Source: an uncultured Chthonomonadaceae bacterium
GTDB lineage: Bacteria; Armatimonadota; Chthonomonadetes; Chthonomonadales; Chthonomonadaceae
Assembly (NCBI GenBank): GCA_963817895.1
Contig: CAWFQB010000001.1
Location: forward strand, 736,001 to 800,000
Direction: 5' to 3'
Length of the DNA stretch: 64,000 bases
Shown here: piece after piece, positions 50,124 to 59,883 of the stretch
Position numbering within the stretch: the stretch's first letter is position 1
How the letters are laid out: every line of letters starts with the position of its first letter
Translations under genes and position numbers: made by a program
Notes under the pieces: generated by a model
What the model was told of the DNA's origin: nothing
The model's database searches: none
What the model saw: only the letters and a program-made list of their open reading frames with translations

Positions 50124-51704
50124 GTGAACGAGACGCAAGTTCTGATTGTCGAAGCGGGGCCAACTGGACTCGCGCTCGCGCTGTTTCTTGCCCGCGCAGG
50201 TATTGCGCCGCGCATCATTGACAAAAATTCCGGTCCCGGCCAGGCGTCGCGTGCGATGGCGGTGCAGGCCCGTACCCTTGAGTTTTACCGCCAACTCGGT
50301 TTCGCAGATGAAGTGGTGAGCAAAGGAATTCCAATTGAGGCCATTCACCTGCGCGCGCATAATCGTCTTGTTTCCGAAATCAAAATCGCCGATTTCGGCA
50401 AGGGCATGAGTCCCTATCCGTTCATACTCAGTTTTCCACAGGATGACCACGAACGGCTGCTCGTCGCGCAACTCAACAACGCGGGCGTTCAGGTGGAGTG
50501 GAATACGGAACTTACGGAATTGCGCGAAGCGGGCGATGCCGTACACGCGACCTTGCGCAACAAAGCGGGGACGCAGGAGGACTGCGTCGCTTCCTATCTG
50601 TGCGGATGTGATGGCGCGCGCAGCGCCGTACGCGGAAGTTTGCGGCTTGGTTTCGGCGGAGGAACCTACGACAAGACGTATTTCGTGGCCGATGTGGAAG
50701 CCAACGGGGAAGCGGCAGGGGGCCACAACTTCAGTCTTTGTCTCACTGCCCGCGACATTCTGCTCATTCTGCCCGTCCGAAGCACGGGAATGAACCGGCT
50801 GATCGGCGTGGTTCCCGAAGAGCTGAAAGGCCGGGAAAACATTGCTTTCGACGACATACGCTCGTTCGTGGAAAAAGAAGCGGACATTCGCGTCGAGAAG
50901 GTGAACTGGTTTTCCACGTACCGCGCCCATCACCGCGTGGCCGATCATTTCCGCATCGGGCGCGTGTTTGTGTCGGGGGATGCGGGACATATTCACAGCC
51001 CTGTGGGCGGGCAGGGCATGAATACGGGCATTGGCGATGCCGTCAACCTGGCGTGGAAACTGGCCGCTGTGGTTAGTGGCCGCGCCGATGTTTCACTCCT
51101 CGACACCTACGAGCCGGAGCGTATCGCCTTTGCCCGTTCGCTCGTCGCCACAACAGACAAACTATTCCAGCTAATGACCGGATCGGGCGTGGGCCATCAG
51201 TTGTTTCGAGAAACACTGTTCCCGCACCTTGTGCCGTTCGCGCTTGGCTTTTCAGGCGTGCGGGATACCGCGTTTCGCCTGGTTTCGCAGACGCGCATCA
51301 ACTATCATCAGAGTCTGCTCAGCGAGGGCGAAGCGGGCAATGTTCACGGCGGCGACCGCCTGCCCTGGGTTCCATTCAGCGACGGAAGCGATAACTTTGA
51401 ACCGCTCCAATCGCTTGATTGGCAGATTCATGTGTATGGCGAGGCTGAACCCCCTTTGCGCGATGCCGCGCAGAAGGCTGGTATCCCCGTCTGTACCTTC
51501 GGCTGGAATGATGACGCGAGTCAGGCCGGATTAGAGCGCAATGCCCTTTACCTTGTCAGACCGGATGGTTATGTCGCGCTGGCCGATGCCCGACAGGAGG
51601 CAGAAAAACTCCAATCTTACCTCTCCCGGTTTAAGATTATGCCCCGCGTCGGGGAAAGAGGTATCCTTAAAGAGGGGAGACAGAAAGAAGAGGGACAGGC
51701 ATGA
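50124..51704 (+). CDS. FAD-dependent monooxygenase (PheA/TfdB-like)
   Basis: GCDGARS, GDAGHIHSPVGGQGMNTGIGDA and LVRPDGYV; the Rossmann motif reads EAGPTG. Confidence 0.9.
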   Translation: MNETQVLIVEAGPTGLALALFLARAGIAPRIIDKNSGPGQASRAMAVQARTLEFYRQLGFADEVVSKGIPIEAIHLRAHNRLVSEIKIADFGKGMSPYPFILSFPQDDHERLLVAQLNNAGVQVEWNTELTELREAGDAVHATLRNKAGTQEDCVASYLCGCDGARSAVRGSLRLGFGGGTYDKTYFVADVEANGEAAGGHNFSLCLTARDILLILPVRSTGMNRLIGVVPEELKGRENIAFDDIRSFVEKEADIRVEKVNWFSTYRAHHRVADHFRIGRVFVSGDAGHIHSPVGGQGMNTGIGDAVNLAWKLAAVVSGRADVSLLDTYEPERIAFARSLVATTDKLFQLMTGSGVGHQLFRETLFPHLVPFALGFSGVRDTAFRLVSQTRINYHQSLLSEGEAGNVHGGDRLPWVPFSDGSDNFEPLQSLDWQIHVYGEAEPPLRDAAQKAGIPVCTFGWNDDASQAGLERNALYLVRPDGYVALADARQEAEKLQSYLSRFKIMPRVGERGILKEGRQKEEGQA

Positions 51705-52801
51705 AACAATCTATCGCGGGATTGATACTGTGTTCGCTGATGGCTGTGAGCGTGTCGGGGGCGTCCAGGCAGACGGGCGGCAAAACGCGGCAAAACGCGC
51801 CCCTTGTCATCGGCTGGCACGACGAGATGAACGATTCGGGTTTGTGGCATCCGCTCAGTATGGAAAATCAGCCGGACGTGTACGCGGCCCGTAAAGGCAG
51901 CCTGACGCTGCGCCTGCCGCATGTGCTCGACGGATTTCCCTATCAATTTCAGTGGAGCGGCGTGACGCGAACCGTGAGCGCGGATTTGGCGCGTTACCCC
52001 GTTCTCATGGCGCGAGTCAGCAGTCTGGAAGCGGGCAGTTACGCGCACCTGGATATTGAGGAGCGCGATATAAGCGGCAAGGCTGTACGCTCGTGGCGCT
52101 CTGCCACCCTGACGCGCCCCGGAATTACGCTCGTGGATATGGGCAAAGCGGCGGGAGCGGATACGCGCCGCCTGACGATACGGCTTATCATCGGCGGTAA
52201 ACTGGCAGGAGCAAAGGGCGAGTACGATTGGATACGCTTCGTAAATCGCGCCGACTCCGCGTTTTTGCAGTCTCATGCCGATTGGCAAAAAGTGACGTCA
52301 ACGGAACCGACCGGTGATACGCCGATGTATGCGCCCGCCGTACCGATCCGCCCCGGCGTCGTTCACGCCAACCTGACGCCGAGCGTTCCCGTGCCGGATG
52401 TGGGCTTGGGGCATCCGATGCGGGAAGGGTTTGGGAGTTTCCCCACTGCGCCACACCGGATTCACTTCAACCTGCGCGACATTGTGCCGGACACGCGCGC
52501 CGGCCATCAGCGCATTGACTTTTTCGTTCGCACGGGTTCTGACGCGCCGCCCCTCGTGACATTAGGCGACAATGGCGGCTTTCCCGAAGTGCAGGCGATT
52601 TATGCCCGCGCCAAAATCAATGACGGCGTTCAGGGTATCACTGTCACTCTGATTTTCGTTGCCGATCCGTCCATTGCCTCGAATACGACAGTCGGTTCCA
52701 AAGCGAGTACGCCCGGTAATCCCGCAATGGCGATCAACATCTGGCAGCCGTCCATACCCGGCGACTGCGCGGTTGTCAAAATCAAACCGGATCAAAAATG
52801 A
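51701..52801 (+). CDS. Hypothetical secreted protein
   Basis: Signal peptide; ATGA overlap with the upstream stop. Confidence 0.7.
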   Translation: MKQSIAGLILCSLMAVSVSGASRQTGGKTRQNAPLVIGWHDEMNDSGLWHPLSMENQPDVYAARKGSLTLRLPHVLDGFPYQFQWSGVTRTVSADLARYPVLMARVSSLEAGSYAHLDIEERDISGKAVRSWRSATLTRPGITLVDMGKAAGADTRRLTIRLIIGGKLAGAKGEYDWIRFVNRADSAFLQSHADWQKVTSTEPTGDTPMYAPAVPIRPGVVHANLTPSVPVPDVGLGHPMREGFGSFPTAPHRIHFNLRDIVPDTRAGHQRIDFFVRTGSDAPPLVTLGDNGGFPEVQAIYARAKINDGVQGITVTLIFVADPSIASNTTVGSKASTPGNPAMAINIWQPSIPGDCAVVKIKPDQK

Positions 52802-52820
52802 GGTGAAAGCAGACAAGCCT

Positions 52821-53291
52821 ATGCAGCAGATGATTTATCGCAACGCCGTGACGTTTTCCGTTCCCGATGATTGGGTGGAAGATGTTGACCTGGAAGACGA
52901 GTCGGGATTGTACTATGAGGATGTGGAGGACGCGGGCATTTTGCGCCTGAGCCTGTTCACCGTGCAGAACCCGAATCAGGTCACGTCGGATATGCTGGCG
53001 CAGGTTTTGGACGCCATGAGCAATTCCAAAACCAAAAAACTGGAAATTCTGAAGAACGGCAACGCGCTGTTGAGTTACACCACCAAAGCGCGGCAGGAGG
53101 ACGGTTCGCTGGAAATTCTGTACGTGTGGATCGTCGGCAACCCGCTTCCGCCGCACCATGCCCGCATCGCCAACTTTAGTTATACGATGGAAGCCGCCGC
53201 CGCCCTGAGCGCGAAAACCCAAAACGCCGTCGCCATGCTGGAAAACTCCATTCGCAGCGCAGAGTTCGCTACGGATCAGGTTGTGGAGTAG
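52821..53291 (+). CDS. Hypothetical protein (PsbP/DUF3805-like fold possible)
   Basis: FSVPDDW...GILRLS; GAGGTG RBS. Confidence 0.65.
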   Translation: MQQMIYRNAVTFSVPDDWVEDVDLEDESGLYYEDVEDAGILRLSLFTVQNPNQVTSDMLAQVLDAMSNSKTKKLEILKNGNALLSYTTKARQEDGSLEILYVWIVGNPLPPHHARIANFSYTMEAAAALSAKTQNAVAMLENSIRSAEFATDQVVE

Positions 53292-53316
53292 AATCAAGAA
53301 AGGTTTCTTAAACACC

Positions 53317-54114
53317 ATGAATACGCGCCATCGCCTTGTTCCCTGTCTCCTCCTTGTCTCGGCTGCCGTGTCTTTGGCATGCCCTTCCGGTTTTGCCCGA
53401 AGGCGACCGGGCGGACACCCGGCGGATTTGGACACCGTGCCGGTCAAGTCGCTTGCCGCAAAGAAAGAACTGCTGTTTGCCGACGACTTCAGCAGCGCGG
53501 AGCATGACAAGCGCTGGCATCGGGTTGTGGATACTTTCGTTTTCGAGAATGGCGCGCTGAAAGGTTCGCAGACGCGCGAAAAGGACACTCCTGCCCCCGA
53601 TGGCAAGTCCATCATCACCGCTCATGCCGCCGTTTACGGACTGGAACTGCCCACAAAAAACAGCGTTGTGGAGTGCAGAATCCGCTTTGAGGGCGCAACG
53701 ATGATGGATGTGGAGTTCGACGATCGCAAGTATGAGGGTTCCCACTACGGCCACCTGTGCCGCGCCCAGGTTCGGCTGGACAGAGTGACCCTCCTTGACG
53801 AACGCGACGGCAGCCAGAGCAACGCCCTCATCGAACTGCGGAAAGATGCGGTTGCCAACAAAGCCGAAATCAGCAAACTGCTTGCCGCGCACAGCGCTAC
53901 GTTCCCCGCGAAACTGGAAGCGGGCAAATGGTACACTTTCGTGGTCGAAACCATCGGTGAGGAGATGCGCGTCACCATTGACGGCAAACCCGCCGGCTAC
54001 CTCAAATCCCCCGGCATCGGCCACGCCACCAAGTCCAAGATCGAGATTGGCGTTGGGGGCAAGGACGGCTGGTTCGACGACATCAAAGTTTGGAACGCTG
54101 AACCGGCAAAGTGA
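53317..54114 (+). CDS. Secreted concanavalin-like (DUF1080-like) protein
   Basis: Signal peptide; LLFADDFS, GKWYTFVVE...VTIDGK and FDDIKVW. Confidence 0.75.
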   Translation: MNTRHRLVPCLLLVSAAVSLACPSGFARRRPGGHPADLDTVPVKSLAAKKELLFADDFSSAEHDKRWHRVVDTFVFENGALKGSQTREKDTPAPDGKSIITAHAAVYGLELPTKNSVVECRIRFEGATMMDVEFDDRKYEGSHYGHLCRAQVRLDRVTLLDERDGSQSNALIELRKDAVANKAEISKLLAAHSATFPAKLEAGKWYTFVVETIGEEMRVTIDGKPAGYLKSPGIGHATKSKIEIGVGGKDGWFDDIKVWNAEPAK

Positions 54115-54465
54115 AGCCGAATTCTATCCTGATACTGAACACGGCTATATCCATATTTCCAATCTCCTGTTCTCCTTTCGTTGGAATCGTTCGTGTATAG
54201 TTCTTGTAAACTCGTGCCAACCGCCTTCTATCGCGTTGGTAGAAGGCGGTTGTCTGTTGCTGCTGTCTTCTGTTGTTCGTGTCTTCGCGGGCTTGCGTCT
54301 TGCCGCCCTCTCGTGTTCACGCGCCCGTTTCACCCCGGCCTGCCTTGTTCCCGGCCTGAACGCCACAAGCCACTCCGATGAGGAAGGGGCTTACTCTATG
54401 ACGGTTCGCCTGTCTCTGGTCGTGTTGTCGTCTCGTGTCTGCCCGGTGCGCCCTGCCGTATCCCG

Positions 54466-56106
54466 CTACGCTCCCGGCTTGTGTCCTAGCTCAATTGGCA
54501 CGTTTGAGGCTTCTGTTTCTTGTCGGTATACTTCAGCGTTAGAAGAAACTTTTCTCTCCTCAACTTCTTTCATCTCGACATTGTGAAAGGCTTTGTTTAG
54601 GAAAGCTCTATGGAATTTATCCAAGAGTTCATTATCTAAGATACCTCCTGCATGAGGCGGCGCGTTGTGAAAATCTGCTTCCTCCACATTAGTATTACAC
54701 CACAATTGGCTGATACTATTTTCATTTACTCCTTCAACGACAATAGCACCGCCAATCATGGCGTTCGTTAGTATGCTCCCCGCAAAACTGGTTCTTTGTA
54801 ACTCTGCATTACTGATATACGCTTCCTTTAAGATGCAAGAGCCTACGAAAGCGTCTTGTAAGTGTGCTGCAAATAGAATAGTTCCTGTCATGTCAGCATG
54901 CAGAAATGTAGATACTGATAAGTAAGCATGTTCTAAGCGCGCTCCCTGCAATTTGCTACCCTTTTTCAATTCTTGGCTCATAAATTTTGTGTTTTGAGCT
55001 TGCGCTCTGACAAGACGCGCTCCCCTCAAATCTGCGCCATCAAAGCGGGAACCTTGTAAGTGCGTATAGTTCATATCCGCACCCGGCAAATGAACATTTA
55101 ACAGGTTTACGCCTGCCAGAAAACACGAGTTCAGATCAATGGGAAAGGTACGCCTCCAATTTCTTAGTTGTGTCAGGTCTTCAGGTACGTCGGACGGTAT
55201 TGATAAGCTACGCAAGGCAATAACCAATGCGTTGCGCGTGTCAACTAGCTTTGCAGAGCGTGACCGGATGTTGATATGAACCTCTTTTTCATGCTCATGA
55301 GCCACTTCTTGGCTTTGCGCGTTCCGTAATGTTCCGTAATACACAGCCGCATTCAAACACTCATCTTCTTGTATCAAACTCTCCAAACATAACAACGTTG
55401 CACTGTGTGAAATACTCAAACGTGCAATACCGGAAAGTTCTTGGAGATAATCCGCTTCATGATTTGTGAAGTATGTAAACTGAGCCAAAGCATCTATAAA
55501 TGCTTTTTTCGCGCTCCGATTTGCATCTGCCAAATTTGCTATTAAAATGTGCAAAAGGTGCTGATTGCCCTTTTCTGCGAATTCTGCCATTTTGCCAATT
55601 GCTTTAATTACTTCATCACGAACTACCTGTTCATCTTCCATATGCAACATCGTAGCAAGTTGGGAAGAGGCACGTTCAAAAAATGGATAGCTCTCAGGCG
55701 TGATTCCTTTGTTTTTGCCCGGTGCTTGCTGACGAGCCATTTCTGCAAGGCGTAAGGCGGCATTGGCTCTTATAGCAGCACTATCTTTGTTGGACAGTCT
55801 GTTTAGAATATCCGTAAATTGAGCATCAAGAGACTGGCGATCAAAATGCTCCTGTTTCTGTTTGTGACTCCGATTGTATGTCCACAACGCCACCGAGCCG
55901 CCAAACAAACCTGCGACGGGAGCCGCATAAGGCCCCAACAATGTCCACCAAGATTTTCCTTGTTCAACTTGCACATAACCTCTAAAGAGAAAGCCTTTGC
56001 GAAGTATCCAGAACACGAAAGCTATCTCAACAGCAAGTAGAACTCCATGTATCCAGTAAAAGGCAAATAGTTTTCGCAGATGTTCAGCATCAAAATACTT
56101 CTTCAT
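54466..56106 (-). CDS. Membrane-anchored pentapeptide-repeat protein
   Basis: Two N-terminal TM segments, AIRANAALRLAEMA, and C-terminal A(D/H)LxG pentapeptide repeats; AT-rich sequence. Confidence 0.85.
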   Translation of the reverse strand: MKKYFDAEHLRKLFAFYWIHGVLLAVEIAFVFWILRKGFLFRGYVQVEQGKSWWTLLGPYAAPVAGLFGGSVALWTYNRSHKQKQEHFDRQSLDAQFTDILNRLSNKDSAAIRANAALRLAEMARQQAPGKNKGITPESYPFFERASSQLATMLHMEDEQVVRDEVIKAIGKMAEFAEKGNQHLLHILIANLADANRSAKKAFIDALAQFTYFTNHEADYLQELSGIARLSISHSATLLCLESLIQEDECLNAAVYYGTLRNAQSQEVAHEHEKEVHINIRSRSAKLVDTRNALVIALRSLSIPSDVPEDLTQLRNWRRTFPIDLNSCFLAGVNLLNVHLPGADMNYTHLQGSRFDGADLRGARLVRAQAQNTKFMSQELKKGSKLQGARLEHAYLSVSTFLHADMTGTILFAAHLQDAFVGSCILKEAYISNAELQRTSFAGSILTNAMIGGAIVVEGVNENSISQLWCNTNVEEADFHNAPPHAGGILDNELLDKFHRAFLNKAFHNVEMKEVEERKVSSNAEVYRQETEASNVPIELGHKPGA

Positions 56107-56199
56107 TGACGATCTCCTATGTGAAACGGAGAGGCAAGCTTTTGCAGTCTCACAATATTCAGGACGTAGAAACGTTTACAAAGATACTACCAGCAAATC

Positions 56200-56403
56200 T
56201 TAAAGTTGTTCGTCTGCTTCTTTCTTCTCCCCGTCCCTCGGATACTCCCTCGGTTTGTATGTTTCCAGCGACTCCTTCACGATGTAATATCTGCCACCGA
56301 TTTTGCCGCCAATAATAGCCTTACGCTGAATTGCATCCCGAACAGAGTCTTCAGTAACTCCGAGCAAACTTGCCGCTTTGGGAACTGTTACGAACGTGTA
56401 CAT
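56200..56403 (-). CDS. Helix-turn-helix (HTH_17/excisionase-like) protein
   Basis: VTVPKAASLLGVTEDSVRDAIQRKAIIGGKIGGRYYI; GGAGG RBS. Confidence 0.85.
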   Translation of the reverse strand: MYTFVTVPKAASLLGVTEDSVRDAIQRKAIIGGKIGGRYYIVKESLETYKPREYPRDGEKKEADEQL

Positions 56404-56495
56404 AGTTGCCTGTTGCCTCCATAGATATAGTACCTCCTATCCCGTGTTTTATGAGAAGATTAAGGATGAAATTTTGCTAATGCCGTATTTCGCCA

Positions 56496-56524
56496 TTGAC
56501 AAAAGGAGATAGAACACATATAAT
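56496..56524 (+). promoter_or_regulatory. Perfect consensus sigma70 promoter
   Basis: TTGACA-17 nt-TATAAT. Confidence 0.85.
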
Positions 56525-56869
56525 TGAAGGTGACAAACAAAGATGCCTGAAAGCGATCTAGAAAATCACTTTCAGGCGGGTGCAGAAAATCTTGCTCGGA
56601 CGCCTGCACCCTTATTCTACTGCATTTGCAGAGATAGCCGAATAAGGAGATAACGAAATTTGAAAATTGTTTCTATGACCTCTACATTGACGACAATGCG
56701 CAGGACGTAATCTGCCGCATGTGTCCCAATGACTACCCTCTCCTGCATGGTTGACGGTTGCCGCCCTGAGCCGCGAAACAGAGCAGTTCATTCTCAAAAA
56801 GTGCAGAATTGTGCAGAATTATTGCCGCTTCCGTTCCAGTGAAGCAGGCGAACGAACTGTAAGAGTATC

Positions 56870-57967
56870 ATGCAAATCACAGTCACCGTCAAACTGAATA
56901 CAACAGCAGAGCAGTTCACCCTCCTTGTGGAAACGGTGAAAATGTGCAATACTGCCTGTGACTGGATTAGCGAGATAGCGTTCTCGGAACGGAACTTCCG
57001 GCAATACGACTTGCATGAGCGGGCGTACTACGCGGCGCGGGAAACGTTCAAACTGCCCTCTTGCCATACCGCGCGCTGCATCAGCAAGGTAGCCAACGCC
57101 TACAAACTGGATAAGGCCGTACCGCGTACTTTTCGCTTACTTGGCGCCGCCGAACTAGATAAGAACCTGCTGACGTGGAAAGTTGACGCGCAAGTTGTCA
57201 ACATCAAAACTCTGAAAAGCAGGCTAAACGTTCCCTTCGCCTGCTCTCCTGTACAGAAAGAACTCCTGCAAGGTAAGCGCGGGCAGGCTGACCTCGTTCT
57301 GCGTAACGGCGTGTTCTACCTGTGCGTCGCCGTCACTGTTCAGGAAGCCGCGCTGATAGAGCCTACGGGCGTAATCGGTGTAGACCTCGGAATTGTCAAC
57401 GTAGCGACAGACAGCGAAGGCAACACCTACACCGGGGAACCGGTCAAGAAGGTAAGGAAGAAGTACCGCCGCCTGCGGCAACTGCTTCAACCGAAGAAAA
57501 CCCGTTCCGCAAGGAAGCATCTTCAAAAAGCGCGGCGAAAAGAGTCCCGCTTCGTCAAAGACGTAAATCACTGTATTTCAAAGAAACTGGTTCAACTGGC
57601 ACTCATGCGACAGAAGGCACTCGCCATCGAAACCTTAACCGGGATTCGGAAACGAGGAAACGGTTTGAATCGCGCTATGCGAGCCGAACTCAACAATTGG
57701 ACATTTCATCAACTCAAAACCTTCCTCACCTACAAGGCGCGTCGTGCAGGCATACCCCTTGTGGAAGTAGACCCGCGTTACAGTTCGCAAACCTGTTCCG
57801 CGTGTGGTCACTGCGAACGAGCGAACCGCAAGAGTCAGGAAGGTTTCTGTTGTGTCTGCTGTGGCCTGAAGTTGAACGCGGACTATAACGCCGCGCTCAA
57901 CTTGAAGGCACGGGGCGAACTGTCACCCGCCCTAATGTTCCGCAAAGAAGCACTCGCTTCCGCGTAG
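56870..57967 (+). CDS. tnpB: RNA-guided endonuclease TnpB (IS200/IS605/IS607 OrfB)
   Basis: GVDLG (RuvC-I D), AIETL (E), CSAC...CVCC zinc finger and NADYNAA (D). Confidence 0.93.
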   Translation: MQITVTVKLNTTAEQFTLLVETVKMCNTACDWISEIAFSERNFRQYDLHERAYYAARETFKLPSCHTARCISKVANAYKLDKAVPRTFRLLGAAELDKNLLTWKVDAQVVNIKTLKSRLNVPFACSPVQKELLQGKRGQADLVLRNGVFYLCVAVTVQEAALIEPTGVIGVDLGIVNVATDSEGNTYTGEPVKKVRKKYRRLRQLLQPKKTRSARKHLQKARRKESRFVKDVNHCISKKLVQLALMRQKALAIETLTGIRKRGNGLNRAMRAELNNWTFHQLKTFLTYKARRAGIPLVEVDPRYSSQTCSACGHCERANRKSQEGFCCVCCGLKLNADYNAALNLKARGELSPALMFRKEALASA

Positions 57968-58002
57968 GGACAAGCCACCTGCTTTAGCAGGTGGTAGTTG
58001 AC
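57905..58002 (+). ncRNA. Probable omegaRNA (reRNA) scaffold / transposon right end
   Basis: Hairpins GGGCGAAC..CGCCC and CCACCTGC-TTTA-GCAGGTGG ending in TAGTTGAC, typical of TnpB element right ends. The 5' boundary is uncertain. Confidence 0.65.
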
Positions 58003-58374
58003 ACAAGCTGGCCTGTCTACCCCCAAGCTACCGTACAGGCTGACCCTTCTACCCCCCAAGTCACCCCCCAAGTTGAGCCATTTACCCCCCAAGCTATTGT
58101 ACAAGCTGCCACGAACAACGCTTCCTCTCTGCCTGCCAGATACAACAGGCAATTTCGGCAACTGCTGGAATTTTGCATCAGCCCTCGTGATCGCGCAAGT
58201 ATGCAGGCGCAGTTAGGATTAAAAGACGCGCGGAACTTTCGGAATACGTATCTCAAACCTTTATTAAGCCGAGGACTTCTGACAATGACTATCCCGCAAC
58301 ATCCAAGTTCGTCTCAGCAAAAATACAGAACGACAGCAGCGGGTACGCAATTTTTACAGGAAACCACATCGTAA
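58003..58374 (+). pseudogene. C-terminal remnant of a Fic/RecG-C-like protein (TPQV linker + winged HTH)
   Basis: TPQVTPQV repeats, then LLEFCISPR...FRNTYLKPLL...MTIPQHPSSSQQKYRTT; no N-terminus present. Confidence 0.7.
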
Positions 58375-58439
58375 ACTATCCTGAGTGTATGCGTGAAGAA
58401 AGGATTGGGACGGGCGTCGCGTTCTCCCGACAACCTGCT

Positions 58440-59108
58440 ATGAGCGACAAATATCCGCGCACAAGTCACCTGCTCTGGTCGCCGGGTGGCACGAAAGATG
58501 ACCGCAAACTTGCGAGTGTGGATGCGCTGCTGCATCGGGAACTGGTGATTACCGAGAAACTGGACGGTTCCAACGTGTGCCTGGAGCGCGAACAGGTGTT
58601 TGCCCGCAGCCATAACGACACCCCGCGCCATCCTAGTTTCGACGCGCTTAAAGCCGTTCACGCCACTTTGCGCTGGCAGATACCCGCGCGCTGGCAAATT
58701 TTCGGCGAGTGGCTGTGGGCGCGGCACAGCATCGCGTACAATCGCCTGCCCGCGTTTCTGCTTGTTTTCGGGATTCGCGATACCGATAAAATGGAATGGC
58801 TGTCATGGGATGAAACTGTTGCCGCCTGTGACATATTGAATTTGAGTACGGTACCGGTATTATGGCGGGGTACAATAACAACCGAAGCGGAACTGCAAAA
58901 GCGAACCGAAATTCTGCTGCAAAAGCGCAGTTACGGCCCAGAGCAGGAGGGCCTTGTTGTTCGCGTTGCGTCAAACTTTGCCGACGCGGAGTTTGCCGTA
59001 AACGTCGCCAAATGGGTTCGCGCCGCGCATGTGCAAACGAGTGAGCATTGGAGTTCGCAGCAAATTACGCGCAATACGCTTGCGAATGAAAACGACCGCG
59101 ATGCCTGA
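58440..59108 (+). CDS. RNA ligase family protein
   Basis: KYPRTSHL, ITEKLDGSN (motif I), FGEW, EGLVVR and KWVR. Confidence 0.88.
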   Translation: MSDKYPRTSHLLWSPGGTKDDRKLASVDALLHRELVITEKLDGSNVCLEREQVFARSHNDTPRHPSFDALKAVHATLRWQIPARWQIFGEWLWARHSIAYNRLPAFLLVFGIRDTDKMEWLSWDETVAACDILNLSTVPVLWRGTITTEAELQKRTEILLQKRSYGPEQEGLVVRVASNFADAEFAVNVAKWVRAAHVQTSEHWSSQQITRNTLANENDRDA

Positions 59109-59123
59109 AGGAGCCGAGACTAT

Positions 59124-59867
59124 ATGTTCAATCTGACGCGGTTTTCTATCGGGGATGTGCTGGAGTGCAGCGACGCGCTTGGTAAAATCGGGACCGGCGC
59201 AGGCAGCATGGAGGAGGTGGCGCAGGAGATTGTCGCCTATCTTTATACGCAGTTGGGCGAGGATGATTCCGGCGAAAAATCCTGTGCGCTCGTCCGCTTT
59301 TATAAAACGCATGATTTCGGGCAATTGCCGATTCTGCTGCGCGGCTTTGCCAGAAACGCGGCGGGCGGCATTGCCATTCAGCCGGAAACCAAATGCCTGA
59401 CGCTGTTGGCGACAGCGGGCGACAGGCCGGAATGGAACGACAGAACGCGCTCCTTAAACCATCAGGCCATTCCCCTGCTGAGTGAGCAGGTCGTGATGCG
59501 GTCGCCCATGATTTCGCAGATGATTCAGCAAATGGGGCTGGAAATCCGCCAGGTCGTCGCGCCCAACTCCGGGCTGATGATGGAAGACGCGAACAAGCGC
59601 AGTTACAACGTTTTCTACGTGCCGGAAGCGGCGGGCAGTCCGTACATCCCCGCGCAGGAGGACTTTGTCCTTTCGCATGGCGTCCGGTCCGTGATCGGAT
59701 TTGGCGGGCTGCTCCCCTCGCGGGAGTTATTTGTCGTGATTGTGTTTGCCAAAACAGCCATTTCGGAGGAAGCGGCCCGCCTGTTCAAATCCATTGCCCT
59801 GTCCGTAAAGGGCAGCCTGCTTCCTTTCGCGCGTGGAACCGTTTTCGCTTCCAAAAAAGTTGAGTAG
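59124..59867 (+). CDS. Hypothetical protein (GAF-like)
   Basis: AGGAG RBS; LVRFYKTH, HQAIPL and SVIGFGGLL. Confidence 0.7.
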   Translation: MFNLTRFSIGDVLECSDALGKIGTGAGSMEEVAQEIVAYLYTQLGEDDSGEKSCALVRFYKTHDFGQLPILLRGFARNAAGGIAIQPETKCLTLLATAGDRPEWNDRTRSLNHQAIPLLSEQVVMRSPMISQMIQQMGLEIRQVVAPNSGLMMEDANKRSYNVFYVPEAAGSPYIPAQEDFVLSHGVRSVIGFGGLLPSRELFVVIVFAKTAISEEAARLFKSIALSVKGSLLPFARGTVFASKKVE

Positions 59868-59883
59868 CGAGTGCCATCCAACA

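Noticed and set aside
54145..54366. Charged minus-strand ORF possibly a relaxase C-terminal remnant
   Set aside because: Only compositional resemblance; no recognisable motif.
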